Under the pieces are notes generated by a model that had not been told where the DNA came from, did no database searches, and saw nothing but the letters and a program-made list of their open reading frames with translations. A stretch of DNA of 64,000 nt from Candidatus Multivoradales bacterium (GTDB lineage: Bacteria > Acidobacteriota > Thermoanaerobaculia > Multivoradales > JAHEKO01), in assembly GCA_965223155.1 (NCBI GenBank), contig CBDCVR010000015.1, forward strand, positions 987,097 through 1,051,096, written 5' to 3'. Made by a program: the position numbers and the translations under genes. Positions 19,579 to 30,470 of the stretch are shown piece by piece. Within the stretch, counting starts at the first letter, position 1. Each line of letters opens with the position of its first letter.

Positions 19579-21096
19579 CTACGCCTCGCTGATTTGGTAT
19601 TCCTCGTAGTGCAGGGTCGCCTCGCCTTCGATCACCAGCTGATCGCCGAGCGCCTCGAGGAGCTCGTTCAGCACCTCGCTGTGCTCACCGGCGAGCGAAG
19701 CCTCGACCTCGGGGTGCACCCGCACCAGCAGCCGCCGATCCTCCAGGTGGCCGGCGCGGGTGAGGATCTCGGAACGGAGCTTGAGAGCGATCGTCGCGAC
19801 CGACTTGATCCGCCCGCTGCCCTGGCAAGTGGGACAGGGCCGGGTGAGAAGACGGCTCAGATTCTCGCGGCTGCGCTTGCGGGTGATCTCCACCAGACCG
19901 AACTCGGACAGGTTCAGGACTTGGTGCTTGGCCCGGTCCTTCTTGAGCTCCATGCGTAGAGCCTCGAAGACCCGCTCTCGATTTTCGGGCTCGGACATGT
20001 CGATCAGGTCGACCACGATGATGCCGCTCAAGTCGCGCAGCCGGATCTGGCGCACGATCTCGACCACCGCCTCCAGATTCGTCTGAAGCACGGTCGATTC
20101 GAGATCCTTGCGTCCCACGAAGCGGCCGGTGTTGACGTCGATCGCGACCAGGGCCTCGGTGGGATGGATGACGATGTAGCCGCCCGAGCGGAGCCAGACC
20201 TTGCTGCGCAGCGCCGCCTCGATCTCACGCTCGATGCCCAGCGCCTCGAAGAGCGAGGTGTCCTCCCGCCAGAGGCGCACTCGATCCACAAGATGCGGCG
20301 CCCGCACCGACAGGAAGGAAACGATGGCTTCATAGCTTCCGGCGCCGTCGACCAGGAGCTCCTCGATCGTGCGGGTGAAGCGGTCGCGCACGATACGCAA
20401 GGCTAAGTCTTCCTCGCCGTGGAGCAGAGCCGGAGCGGCGCTCTTGCTGGCGTCCGCGCCAATGCGGCGCCAGCGCTGGACCAGCCCCTCGAGGTCCCGC
20501 TCGAAGTCCTCCCGCCCCTTGCCGCTGCCGGCGGTGCGGACGATCAAGCCGCCCGCGGCGCCGTCCAGGGTCTCAAGAATCTCGCGCAGCCGCTCGCGCT
20601 CGCCGTCCTCTTGGATCCGACGCGAGATGCCGTGGCTCGAGACCGTCGGGGCATAAACCAGGTAGCGACCGGGCAAGGTCACCTCGGTGGTAATGCGGGC
20701 TCCCTTGTTGGGCAGTGGCGCCTTGACCACCTGCACCACCAGCTCTTCTCCGACCGACACCAACTCCTGAATGGGCGGTACGACCACCGGCGGAAATTCT
20801 TGGGTCTGGGGGTCGGCATCGGCGAGCTCGTCGCGCACGTCTAGGGCCTCGCGAATGTCTCCGGCATAAAGAAACGCGTCGCGCGCGAGGCCGATATCCA
20901 CGAACGCTGCCTGCATGCCGGGCAGGATCCTCGAGACCCGGCCCTTGTAGACGTTGCCCACGACGCTCCGGCTCCGCCGCCGCTCCAGGTGGATCTCGGT
21001 CAGGCGCCCTTCTTCGAGTACCGCCACGCGGATCTGGTGGGGATCGCTTTCGACCAGAAGCTGCTGGCCGGGTGCCGCGCGGTTAGCGGTTGACAT
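19579..21096 (-). CDS. rng: Ribonuclease G (Rne/Rng family)
   Basis: ORF trimmed to the ATG at 21096 (MSTANRAAPGQQLLVESDPHQIRVAVLEEGRL). S1 domain, DNase I-like core. 506 aa, typical of RNase G. Overlaps the rodA 3' end by 14 nt. Confidence 0.85.
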   Translation of the reverse strand: MSTANRAAPGQQLLVESDPHQIRVAVLEEGRLTEIHLERRRSRSVVGNVYKGRVSRILPGMQAAFVDIGLARDAFLYAGDIREALDVRDELADADPQTQEFPPVVVPPIQELVSVGEELVVQVVKAPLPNKGARITTEVTLPGRYLVYAPTVSSHGISRRIQEDGERERLREILETLDGAAGGLIVRTAGSGKGREDFERDLEGLVQRWRRIGADASKSAAPALLHGEEDLALRIVRDRFTRTIEELLVDGAGSYEAIVSFLSVRAPHLVDRVRLWREDTSLFEALGIEREIEAALRSKVWLRSGGYIVIHPTEALVAIDVNTGRFVGRKDLESTVLQTNLEAVVEIVRQIRLRDLSGIIVVDLIDMSEPENRERVFEALRMELKKDRAKHQVLNLSEFGLVEITRKRSRENLSRLLTRPCPTCQGSGRIKSVATIALKLRSEILTRAGHLEDRRLLVRVHPEVEASLAGEHSEVLNELLEALGDQLVIEGEATLHYEEYQISEA

Positions 21097-22225
21097 GGCG
21101 GCGAAAGTCGATGCCCAAGAGCATTCCCACGGCGATGAAGTTGGCCACGATGAACGAGCCGCCGTAGGACAGAAAGGGCAGCGGGATGCCGGTGATCGGC
21201 AGCAGCCCGACCACCATAGCGGTGTTGTAGACAACGTGGAACGAGAACAACGACAGCAATCCCACCACCAGCAGAATGGCGGTTCGGTCCCGGGCACGAG
21301 CCGCCACCGACAAGCCGCTGGTCACGTAGATCGCGAACAGAACGAAAGCCGCAATGACCCCCATGAAGCCCCACTCCTCGGCCAGCACAGCAAAGACGAA
21401 GTCGGTATGCCGCGCGGGAAGGAAGCGCAGCTGGCTCTGGGTGCCCTGCATGTAGCCGCGGCCGGTGAGCATGCCCGAGCCGACTGCGATCTTGCTCTGC
21501 TGCAACTGATAGCCCGCCGCCAGCGGATCGCTTCCTGGCGAGAGAAAGGTCTTGACCCGCGCTCGCTGGTAGTCGAGCATCGCGAAGTTCCAGAGCAAGG
21601 CCGCCACTAGCGCCAGGACCACCGTCGCCGCCGCCAGAACGCGCCAGCGCACGCCACCGACCAGGAGCATTCCGGCCAAGATCGGCGCGAACATGGCGGC
21701 ACCGCCCAGATCGCGCTCGAGCGCCACCAGGACCATCGGCACGCCGGCGATGGCCATGGCCAAGCCGATCTGGCGCACGCCCAGGAATCGCCGGTTGATG
21801 CCGGCCAGATAGCGGGCGAGAAGCAACGCGGTCGCCAGCTTGGCGAAATCCGAGGGTTGGAGTTGAGCGGTGCCGATCCTGAGCCAGCTTCGCGCGCCGC
21901 CGGCCTCGCTGCCGACCACGAGCACCACCACCAGAAGCCCGAGAGCCGCACCATAGATCGGCACCGAGAACTTAGTCAGCACCTGATAGTCGATGCTGAA
22001 GACGATAACGAACGCCACCAGCCCAAGACCGATGCGCAGGGCTTGGCGCGGCAGGTAGTCGACGCCCATCTCCGAGCTGGCGCTATGGATAGTCGCAAGC
22101 CCAATGCCCGACAAGAGGAGCGCCGCCACCAGGAGCCCCCAGCGCAACCCAACCAGGTGTCTGAGCGACAGTTGCTCGTCAGGAAAGGTCGAGATGTTAG
22201 CCAGCCGTGCCGAAGTGTTTCTCAT
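21083..22225 (-). CDS. rodA: Peptidoglycan glycosyltransferase RodA (SEDS family)
   Basis: ATG at 22225 (MRNTSARLANISTFPDEQ...); ten TM segments; FtsW/RodA signature near the C-terminus (PLPFLSYGGSFIV). Overlaps the mrdA 3' end. Confidence 0.85.
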   Translation of the reverse strand: MRNTSARLANISTFPDEQLSLRHLVGLRWGLLVAALLLSGIGLATIHSASSEMGVDYLPRQALRIGLGLVAFVIVFSIDYQVLTKFSVPIYGAALGLLVVVLVVGSEAGGARSWLRIGTAQLQPSDFAKLATALLLARYLAGINRRFLGVRQIGLAMAIAGVPMVLVALERDLGGAAMFAPILAGMLLVGGVRWRVLAAATVVLALVAALLWNFAMLDYQRARVKTFLSPGSDPLAAGYQLQQSKIAVGSGMLTGRGYMQGTQSQLRFLPARHTDFVFAVLAEEWGFMGVIAAFVLFAIYVTSGLSVAARARDRTAILLVVGLLSLFSFHVVYNTAMVVGLLPITGIPLPFLSYGGSFIVANFIAVGMLLGIDFRRHVNR

Positions 22226-23963
22226 AGAGAATCCGCGCCAGCGGCGCCGCCTGTTCCGAGCCCTTGCCGCCATGCTCGACGAAGACCACGACCACGAGCT
22301 CGGGGTCGTCCGAGGGCGCGTAGGACGCGAACCAGGCGTGATCGCGTTTCTCGAACGGCAGCGTGGCGCTATCGGTCCAGGTCTTTTGCTCGACGACCTG
22401 CACGGTTCCGGTCTTGCCCGAGACCTCGACCACCGGCGTCGATGCTTGGGCGCCGGTGCCCCGGTCGTTGACCACCGCCCACAGAGCCCGGCGCACGACC
22501 TCGAGCGCCACCCGATCGACCTCGACAGGCGCGGCGGGCTGGGCCGAGCCGCGCACCAGGTGAGGCGTCACCCGCTCGCCGCCGTTGGCAACAACGGCCA
22601 TGACCGAAGCCAATTGCAGCGGCGTCACCAAGAGCGGCCCCTGGCCGATGGCGACCGAGATGGTCTCGCCCGGGTACCACTTGGTCTTGCGCGCCCGCAG
22701 GCTCCAGTCCGGATCCGGCACCAGGCCGGTGCGCTCGCCCAGGAGATCCACGCCGGTCGCGGTACCCAACCCGAAGAGCCGCGCATAGCGGGCGATGGTC
22801 TCGATGCCGAGCTTCTGACCCAGGTGGTAGAAGTAGACGTCGCACGAGAACTTGATGGCGTCGTGAAGATCGACCCAGCCGTGCCCGGCGGGCTTCCAGC
22901 ACCGAAACCGTCGGTTGTAGATGCGGGTCGAGCCGGGGCAATAGTAGCGGTCGCTGGTGGTCACCGTGCCCTCGGTCAGGCCGGCGGCGGCAACGATGAT
23001 CTTGAAGGTGGAACCAGGCGAGAAGAGATTCTGGACCACCCGGTTCTGGAGCGGATCGTTGGCGGCGTCGACGATGGTGCGCCACTGGCTGCGATCCAGC
23101 CGCCGGGCGAAGAGGTTGGGATCGTACGAGGGCGCCGAGACGTAGGCCAGGATCTCGCCCGAACGCGGATCCAGAGCCACGGCCGCGCCGACGCGGTCGG
23201 CAAAGTACCGCGCCGCTTCCTGCTGGAGGTCGAGATCCAAGGTGAGAGTGAGATCACGGCCGGGAGCCGCGCGGCGGCTGCCATGCTCGTCGCGTAGCCG
23301 TCCGCGACTGTCCACCACCACGACGCGCTCCCCGTCCTGACCGCGCAGCGCCTCGTCGTTGCTCTTTTCCAGACCGCGCCGGCCCACCAGGTCGCCGGCG
23401 TCGAGGGTCTCGTCTTCTGCGAGCTCGGTCTCGGTCACCTCGCCCAGGTAGCCCAGAACGTGAGCGGTCAGCGGACCGTGCCGGTAAAGCCGCACATGTC
23501 CCACCTCGATCTCGAATTCCGGATGCTCGAAGGCTTCGACCGAAAACCGCGCTACCTGGGAAAGAGACAGATCCTCGGCCAGCAGCAGCGCCCGGAAGGG
23601 CGACCCGCTGCGCGACCGCTCGACGACTTGGCGCAGCTCCTCGACCGGCCGGTCGAGTGCCGTGGCGGCAAAGGCCAGGCTGCCGTCGAGATCGCGCACC
23701 CGGCTCCGGTCCAGGTGCAGATCGTAACGGGGCACGTTGTCCGCCAGCAGCCGTCCCTCACGATCGAAAATCAGGCCCCGGGCGGCACGCACCGACGCCT
23801 TGCGCAGCCGGTTGTTCTCCGCCCGCTCGCGATAGTGCGAACCGTGAACCACCTGCACGAACCAGTAGAACGAGGCAATCCCGCAAACAACGACCAGGAA
23901 GGCCACGCGCAGGCCGGGCAGGCGCCGTACCAGATCCTCCCGGTGTTCGCGTACCTCCATCAT
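22197..23963 (-). CDS. mrdA: Penicillin-binding protein 2 (transpeptidase)
   Basis: N-terminal TM, then SxxK (SPGSTFK), SxN, KTGT motifs. 588 aa. Confidence 0.9.
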   Translation of the reverse strand: MMEVREHREDLVRRLPGLRVAFLVVVCGIASFYWFVQVVHGSHYRERAENNRLRKASVRAARGLIFDREGRLLADNVPRYDLHLDRSRVRDLDGSLAFAATALDRPVEELRQVVERSRSGSPFRALLLAEDLSLSQVARFSVEAFEHPEFEIEVGHVRLYRHGPLTAHVLGYLGEVTETELAEDETLDAGDLVGRRGLEKSNDEALRGQDGERVVVVDSRGRLRDEHGSRRAAPGRDLTLTLDLDLQQEAARYFADRVGAAVALDPRSGEILAYVSAPSYDPNLFARRLDRSQWRTIVDAANDPLQNRVVQNLFSPGSTFKIIVAAAGLTEGTVTTSDRYYCPGSTRIYNRRFRCWKPAGHGWVDLHDAIKFSCDVYFYHLGQKLGIETIARYARLFGLGTATGVDLLGERTGLVPDPDWSLRARKTKWYPGETISVAIGQGPLLVTPLQLASVMAVVANGGERVTPHLVRGSAQPAAPVEVDRVALEVVRRALWAVVNDRGTGAQASTPVVEVSGKTGTVQVVEQKTWTDSATLPFEKRDHAWFASYAPSDDPELVVVVFVEHGGKGSEQAAPLARILYEKHFGTAG

Positions 23964-23967
23964 CGAT

Positions 23968-24477
23968 TCAGCGCAGCTTCGCGGTCCGGTTCCGCCGCCA
24001 GGTGCCGAGCCAGAGCTTCATCCGGCCCGCCAGGAGGAAGCCGATCGCGCCCACCGCTCCGGTCAGCAATAGTTTCACGCCCGGCGCCAACGGCCCTGGC
24101 ACAAAGCCCCCGGGCAGGAGCAGAAGGGACAAGGCCACCAAGACCAGCTGCTGGAGCGCCGCTCCACCGGCGAACAGCAAGAAGACGCCGCTGGAACGCT
24201 GGATCACCAGCTTCTGGGAAGCCACCGCCGTGGCATAGCCGAGCAGCGTGTCGGCAAACCCGTGAAGCCCGAAAAGACCACCGGTCGCCGCATCCGCAGC
24301 CCAGCCGGCAACCAAACCACCGGCAAGCCCTGAGGCTGGGCGGCCGGTCAAGCCAACGAACAGGACCACCAAGAGAAAGGGATCGAGGTAGGAGGAAAGG
24401 CCCGCCACGAGGCGCTCACCCGCGAAGTGGACTCCAGTCGCCACCAGCAGCCCGACCAAGAATTCCAGGATCCTCAC
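23968..24477 (-). CDS. mreD: Rod shape-determining protein MreD
   Basis: 169 aa polytopic membrane protein between mreC and mrdA. Its ATG start (24475-24477) overlaps the mreC stop (24474-24476) by 2 nt. Confidence 0.75.
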   Translation of the reverse strand: MRILEFLVGLLVATGVHFAGERLVAGLSSYLDPFLLVVLFVGLTGRPASGLAGGLVAGWAADAATGGLFGLHGFADTLLGYATAVASQKLVIQRSSGVFLLFAGGAALQQLVLVALSLLLLPGGFVPGPLAPGVKLLLTGAVGAIGFLLAGRMKLWLGTWRRNRTAKLR

Positions 24478-25319
24478 GACTCCTCCTCGTCGTCTTCGAG
24501 CATGAGCTCGTCCGGAAGCTCGGTCTTCTCCAGCAGGTAGACCTGATCCAGCCGTCCCAGCTCGACCGCCGGCACCAGGCGGATGCGGTGGAAGAGCTCG
24601 TCGCCGGGCTCGACCGACACCACCGTGCCGATCGGGACCCCGCGCGGGTACACGCTGTCGATGCCGGCGGTAACAATCCGGTCGCCGACGCGCACCTCTT
24701 CCTGCAGGGGCACGAAGTCGAGATCCAAGAAGCCGTCCTCGGCGCCGCGCACGATGCCCTGCCGGCGGGAGCGCTCGATCATGGCGCCGACGCTCGCGGC
24801 CCGATCGGTGACCAGCTGGACCTTGGCGTAGCTGCCCGCCGGCACCACCACCCGGCCGACCAGGCCCGACGCCGTGACCACCGGCTGCTGACGCTCGGCG
24901 CCCTCAGGGCCCGCGTACAGCACCAAGGTCTGCTGCCACGAGCGGTAGTCGAGATGGACCACGTCGGCCACCCGCGGACGCGAGCCGCGCAGGCGCTCGT
25001 AGCGCAAGGCGCTCGAGAGCCGGCCCAGCTCGTCTTCGATGCCGAAGCTCCGCACGCGCTCGCGCCTGAGCTCGTCCACCTCGGTTCGTAGCTGCCGGTT
25101 CTCCTCCCGCAACCGGCGGCGCGACTTGAGATACTCCCGCGAATTCGACAGGCCGCCTACCGACGCCTTGACCGTGCGCGCCACCGGCGAGACCATGCGC
25201 ACCAGCGCCGACTCCAGAACGCTCCGATCGGGCTCGGCCGAGCGCACCTGCGCGCTCAGCAGAAAGAGCTGAATCACGAGAGCGACCGCCAGCAGCCAGC
25301 GGGTGGTTTTCTCGTCCAC
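24474..25319 (-). CDS. mreC: Rod shape-determining protein MreC
   Basis: N-terminal TM, coiled-coil (LREENRQLRTEVDELRRE), beta-rich C-terminal domain. Position between mreB and mreD. Confidence 0.85.
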   Translation of the reverse strand: MDEKTTRWLLAVALVIQLFLLSAQVRSAEPDRSVLESALVRMVSPVARTVKASVGGLSNSREYLKSRRRLREENRQLRTEVDELRRERVRSFGIEDELGRLSSALRYERLRGSRPRVADVVHLDYRSWQQTLVLYAGPEGAERQQPVVTASGLVGRVVVPAGSYAKVQLVTDRAASVGAMIERSRRQGIVRGAEDGFLDLDFVPLQEEVRVGDRIVTAGIDSVYPRGVPIGTVVSVEPGDELFHRIRLVPAVELGRLDQVYLLEKTELPDELMLEDDEEES

Positions 25320-25423
25320 GCCTCCGCCCTCGCCGGCTTAGCGCGGTCCGTGCTCTCGCCGTACGTCTCCGGGCCGCGATCCTTCGCCGGAGTACCCCGG
25401 CGAGTGGTTCGCCGCCTCGGCCG

Positions 25424-26449
<1,026 letters not shown>

Positions 26450-27668
26450 CTATCTCCCCTGTTCCTGGCCGTCCGTGCCGGACGACGTCGCGGCTTGCCG
26501 AGAAGCCAGGACCCGGAAGCGTCTAGGCGAGCTCCACGGTCCCTGCTCGCCAGCCCGATCGAACGCGGCGACCCTCCAGACGAACGCGCCCTCTCCCCGG
26601 AGCCCGACTGTGGCCAGGGTCTTGCGGCGGTTGGTGTCCTCGATCACGTTATCCACGAAAAGGCGATTGGCCGAGACCTGGAGCGCGTAGCGCTCGGCGT
26701 CTCGAACCGGACGCCAGGTCAGCTCCACTTCGCGAGCCCCGTCGAGATAGAGCTCGAGGTCGTCGGACGGACCCAGAAGCTCCGGGGCATCCGGCACCTT
26801 GCGCGGCGCCGATAGCCCCGCGCGCCGCTGAACGACCTGCTCGAGCGCGCCGACTTGACGCTCCGCCCCTCCGTCCAAGGCGGCTACCTTGAGCGCCCCG
26901 TAGAAGGCGGTGAACTTGCCCTCGCCCTTTTCCTGGTCGTACGAGACGACGGCCTCGGAGCGCTCCTGGATCTCGGCTTGGGCCTTGGGTGTGGTGACCG
27001 TGCTGGCGGCATCGGCGGTACTCAGGTTGACCCATCCCGACTCCAGCGCGATCGTCCGGCTGGACCGGCCGCTCGAAGTTCGCCGGGCTCGGCTCACAAG
27101 GACTACAGTACCCGGCCGAACGGTAAAGAGCGTGCCGTCCACCATCATGACTTCGGCCGAGCCGCCACTCGAGGTCTTGATGTAGTCGCCAGCGTGCAGG
27201 ACGGTTCGCGCCCGCGCCGGCGACCACTCGCCGCGCTCACCGCGCCGGACCTCGACGCCGCCTCGAGTCGAAATGAACTGGGCCTCGCCCGAGGGGCTCC
27301 GATTGCGCAGGGCGTCGGACACCGAACCCAGGAGCGATCGGCTGCGTTCGGCCTTGCCCAGAGCCTCGGCAAGCTCGTCCTTGTCGTAGTGCTCCCGGGC
27401 GCGGTCGAGCTCCTCCTGGGCGGTCACGAACTTCTCACGGTGGGAGGCGACACCGCGCTCACGGCGCAGGCGCTTGGCGAGAGCGTCGGCTTCCTGGATG
27501 GCAAGCGACGCTTCCCGCTCCAGCAGATGCTCGGCCAGCAGTCGGTAGCCGACGAAGCCGCCGACCACGATCGTCGCCAGGAGCAGGAACGTCGTCCAGC
27601 CACGCAGGGCATCGACCGAGATCTTGTAGTAGTACTTGGAGCTGGGCTTCCTATCCTGCGGGGGCACC
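26450..27668 (-). CDS. FecR-domain membrane protein, immediately upstream of and abutting mreB
   Basis: Likely GTG start at 27668 with GGAGG 4 nt upstream (the ORF track extends to 27757). One TM (WTTFLLLATIVVGGFVGYRLL), a coiled-coil, then a FecR-like beta domain (GDYIKTSSGGSAEVMMVDGTLFTVRPGTVVLV). Its stop abuts the mreB start. Confidence 0.55.
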
Positions 27669-27838
27669 GGACCTCCGGATCTTGCGACGCTGTCAGGGAG
27701 CTGGGACCGGGTCCGTCGAGCCGGCCTCCAGGACGCGGCAATATAGCACAAAGCCAATGTTCACCGGGGTTTATGCGTCTTGCCGGTGCTCCTACCGCCT
27801 GCTAGAGTCGGCGCCTGTCTTCGGCGCCCGTCCGGGCG

Positions 27839-27862
27839 CGTCCGGATGGTTCCGGACGGAGG
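27839..27862 (+). promoter_or_regulatory. 5'-UTR stem-loop overlapping the ppiD Shine-Dalgarno sequence
   Basis: CGTCCGGA-tggt-TCCGGACG is a perfect 8-bp stem whose 3' arm overlaps the GGAGG that lies 8 nt before the ATG at 27871. Confidence 0.3.
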
Positions 27863-27870
27863 TTCCTAGC

Positions 27871-29796
27871 ATGCTGAAAGGGTTTCGCGACAATCTCAAG
27901 CGGCTCCATTGGGTCCTGTGGCTGGTCATCGCCGCCTTCATTCTGATCGAGTTCGGTATCTTCGCCGGCTCCGACCAGAGCGGCGGCGCCTCGGACACCG
28001 CGGTCTACGTTGGCGACGAGACCATCTCGTACCCGGAGTTCGAACAGGCCTACCGACGCATGGAAGGTCTCTATCGCCAGGCCTACGGCGATCGCTTCAA
28101 CGCGGACTTTGCCCGCCAGATGGGACTGCCGATGCAGGTACTGGATTCGCTGGTCGCCGACCGCATCCTCCTGATGGAGGCCGAACGGCTCGAGCTGGGC
28201 GTTACCGATACGGAACTGCGCGAGCAGATCTTGTCGCTGGAGGTCTTCCAGGAAGATGACGGCGCCTTCATCGGCCAGACCGAATACCAGCGCATCCTCA
28301 GAGCCAACGGTCTCGACGCCGATTCCTTCGAGGCAAGCGTGCGCCGCGATCTCGTCCTGGACAAGGTTCGGGGCTTGCTGGCTCGCGACTTCTACGTCTC
28401 GGACGGCGACATCGAGACCGAGTACCGGCGTCAGGTCGAGCGCGCCTCGCTACGCTTCGTCAAGCTACCCTACGACCGGGTCGACGGAGTCGAGCTCGAC
28501 GAGGCCACCCTTATCGAATATTTCGACGCCAACAAGGAAGACTTCCGCACGCCCGAGCGGCGAACCGCCGACTACCTGGTGGTCGACGTCAACCAACTCC
28601 GCACTTCGATCGTTCTCGACGACTCCGAACTGCGCTCGTACTACGAGGCCAACAAGGCCGACTACAACCTCCCCGAACAGGTGCGGGCGCGTCACATCCT
28701 GCTCCAGGTCAACGACGAGCGCAACGCCGAGACCGCGCGCGCCCAGCTCGAAGCGGCGCGCGCCCGGATTCTGGCCGGCGAGGACTTCGGCGCTCTCGCC
28801 GAGAGCCTTTCCGAGGACCCGGGCAGCAAGACCCGGGGCGGCGACTTGGGATTCTTCGGACGCGGTGCCATGGTCCCCGCTTTCGAGGAAGCCTCCTTCG
28901 CCGCTCAACCCGGCGAGCTGGTGGGACCGGTGGCGACCGATTTCGGCCTCCATCTGATCGAGGTGCTCGAAAAGAACGTCGGAGGCCAGCAGGGCTTCGA
29001 GGACGTCTCTGGGGCGATCCGCCAGCAGCTTCTGGCCGACAAGGCCCGGAGCGCGGCCGAAGAGAAGGCCCAGGTGCTTGCCGCCAAGGCAGCCGAGACC
29101 GGAGAGCTTTCGGCTCTAGCCGAGGAAGAGGCCGGCGTTTCGTACCAGACCGCCGAATCCTTCGGCCGCGACGACAACGTTGCCGGCATCGGCCGGGCAA
29201 CTCCGTTCGCGGCCGAGGCCTTCGGGCTCGCAGCCGGTGAGGTTTCCGCGCCGGTACGGATCGCCCGCGGCTGGGCCATCCTGCGGGTGGCGGCGGTCGA
29301 GGAGCCGCGCCTGCCCGAGCTCGACGAGGTCCGGGCCGAGGTCGAAGCCGCCGCTCGCAACGCCCGGCTCCGCCAGCTCGCTGCCGAGCGGCTTGCCGCC
29401 TGGAGCGATCGAGACGAAGACGGGACCCTCGATGCTTTGGCCGAATCCCTGAATCTCGAGATCGAGGAGACCGAACCGTTCAACCGCGATGGCGCGGTCG
29501 GATCGCTGGGCCGGATCGCCGAGCTCTCGAGTGCGGCCTTCGCCGGCGAGGCAGGGGACTGGGTCGGACCGGTCGAAACCGAGACCGGCGCCGTACTCGG
29601 ACGGATCAGCGAGCGCACCCGCATGGATCCGGCGGAGTTCGAGACTGAAAAGGACGCCACGCGCCAGGCTCTGGCCTCGCGGCGGGCGACACAGCTCATC
29701 GCCTCCCTGGTCACGCAGCGGCGCGAGGAACTCGAGGTTCGCTTCGACCCGCAACTGCTCGAGAACTTCGAGATCGCCGCACCCGGCGGCGCCTGA
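27871..29796 (+). CDS. ppiD: Periplasmic chaperone / peptidyl-prolyl isomerase PpiD-like (SurA_N plus parvulin domain)
   Basis: ATG at 27871 with GGAGG. N-terminal TM (LHWVLWLVIAAFILIEFGIF); parvulin rotamase block (ARHILLQV ... GGDLGFFGRGAMVPAFEEA). 641 aa. Confidence 0.8.
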   Translation: MLKGFRDNLKRLHWVLWLVIAAFILIEFGIFAGSDQSGGASDTAVYVGDETISYPEFEQAYRRMEGLYRQAYGDRFNADFARQMGLPMQVLDSLVADRILLMEAERLELGVTDTELREQILSLEVFQEDDGAFIGQTEYQRILRANGLDADSFEASVRRDLVLDKVRGLLARDFYVSDGDIETEYRRQVERASLRFVKLPYDRVDGVELDEATLIEYFDANKEDFRTPERRTADYLVVDVNQLRTSIVLDDSELRSYYEANKADYNLPEQVRARHILLQVNDERNAETARAQLEAARARILAGEDFGALAESLSEDPGSKTRGGDLGFFGRGAMVPAFEEASFAAQPGELVGPVATDFGLHLIEVLEKNVGGQQGFEDVSGAIRQQLLADKARSAAEEKAQVLAAKAAETGELSALAEEEAGVSYQTAESFGRDDNVAGIGRATPFAAEAFGLAAGEVSAPVRIARGWAILRVAAVEEPRLPELDEVRAEVEAAARNARLRQLAAERLAAWSDRDEDGTLDALAESLNLEIEETEPFNRDGAVGSLGRIAELSSAAFAGEAGDWVGPVETETGAVLGRISERTRMDPAEFETEKDATRQALASRRATQLIASLVTQRREELEVRFDPQLLENFEIAAPGGA

Positions 29797-29851
29797 TCGC
29801 CGTGACCGCCCGTGACGGAACAACCGGCCAGGGCCGTGCCAGGTTCGGGTT

Positions 29852-30445
29852 TTGATCGGCTACCTTCGCGGCAAGATCCTCGAGTCCTCACCCGAGCGCG
29901 TCCTGCTGGATGTGGGCGGCGTGGGCTACGAGCTGGCGATTCCGCTCTCGACCTACTCGGAGCTCGACCGCTCGGACAGGGCTGACGCGGTCGGGCTCTA
30001 CGTCCACACTCATGTCCGGGCCGAAGCACTCGAGCTCTTCGGCTTCTGGACCCGGCGCGAACGGCACTTGTTCGAGACCCTGATCAAAATCTCCGGCGTC
30101 GGCCCCAAGCTGGCTCGCGTCATTCTTTCTGGAATGAGTACCGAGGACCTGGTGCGAGCGATCGCCGGTGAGGACGCCGCCCGGCTCGCGACCATCCCGG
30201 GCATCGGCAAGAAGACCGCCGAGCGCATGGTCGTCGAGCTCAAGGACACGATGAGCGAGCTCGCGGCCGAGCTCCCCGGCGGCCCGCCCAGCTCGGCCGA
30301 GGACGACCTGCTGGCGGCTTTGCTGAACCTCGGCTACCGGGCGTCCGAAGCCGAGAAGGCCCTCGTCCAAGCCCGCGCCGAGCATCCCGAGGGCACCTTT
30401 GAAGAGCTCCTCCGTGCCAGCCTGCGACCCCTGGCCGGAGGCTAG
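29852..30445 (+). CDS. ruvA: Holliday junction branch migration protein RuvA
   Basis: MIGYLRGKI ... GVGYEL ... ISGVGPKLA ... IPGIGKKTAERMVVEL; 197 aa. Confidence 0.95.
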   Translation: MIGYLRGKILESSPERVLLDVGGVGYELAIPLSTYSELDRSDRADAVGLYVHTHVRAEALELFGFWTRRERHLFETLIKISGVGPKLARVILSGMSTEDLVRAIAGEDAARLATIPGIGKKTAERMVVELKDTMSELAAELPGGPPSSAEDDLLAALLNLGYRASEAEKALVQARAEHPEGTFEELLRASLRPLAGG

Positions 30446-30470
30446 CGGCCCCGCCGTACAATAGCTTTCG

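Noticed and set aside
23460-25091. 543-aa ORF on the plus strand
   Set aside because: Antisense to mrdA/mreD/mreC; Arg/Pro-rich low-complexity translation.
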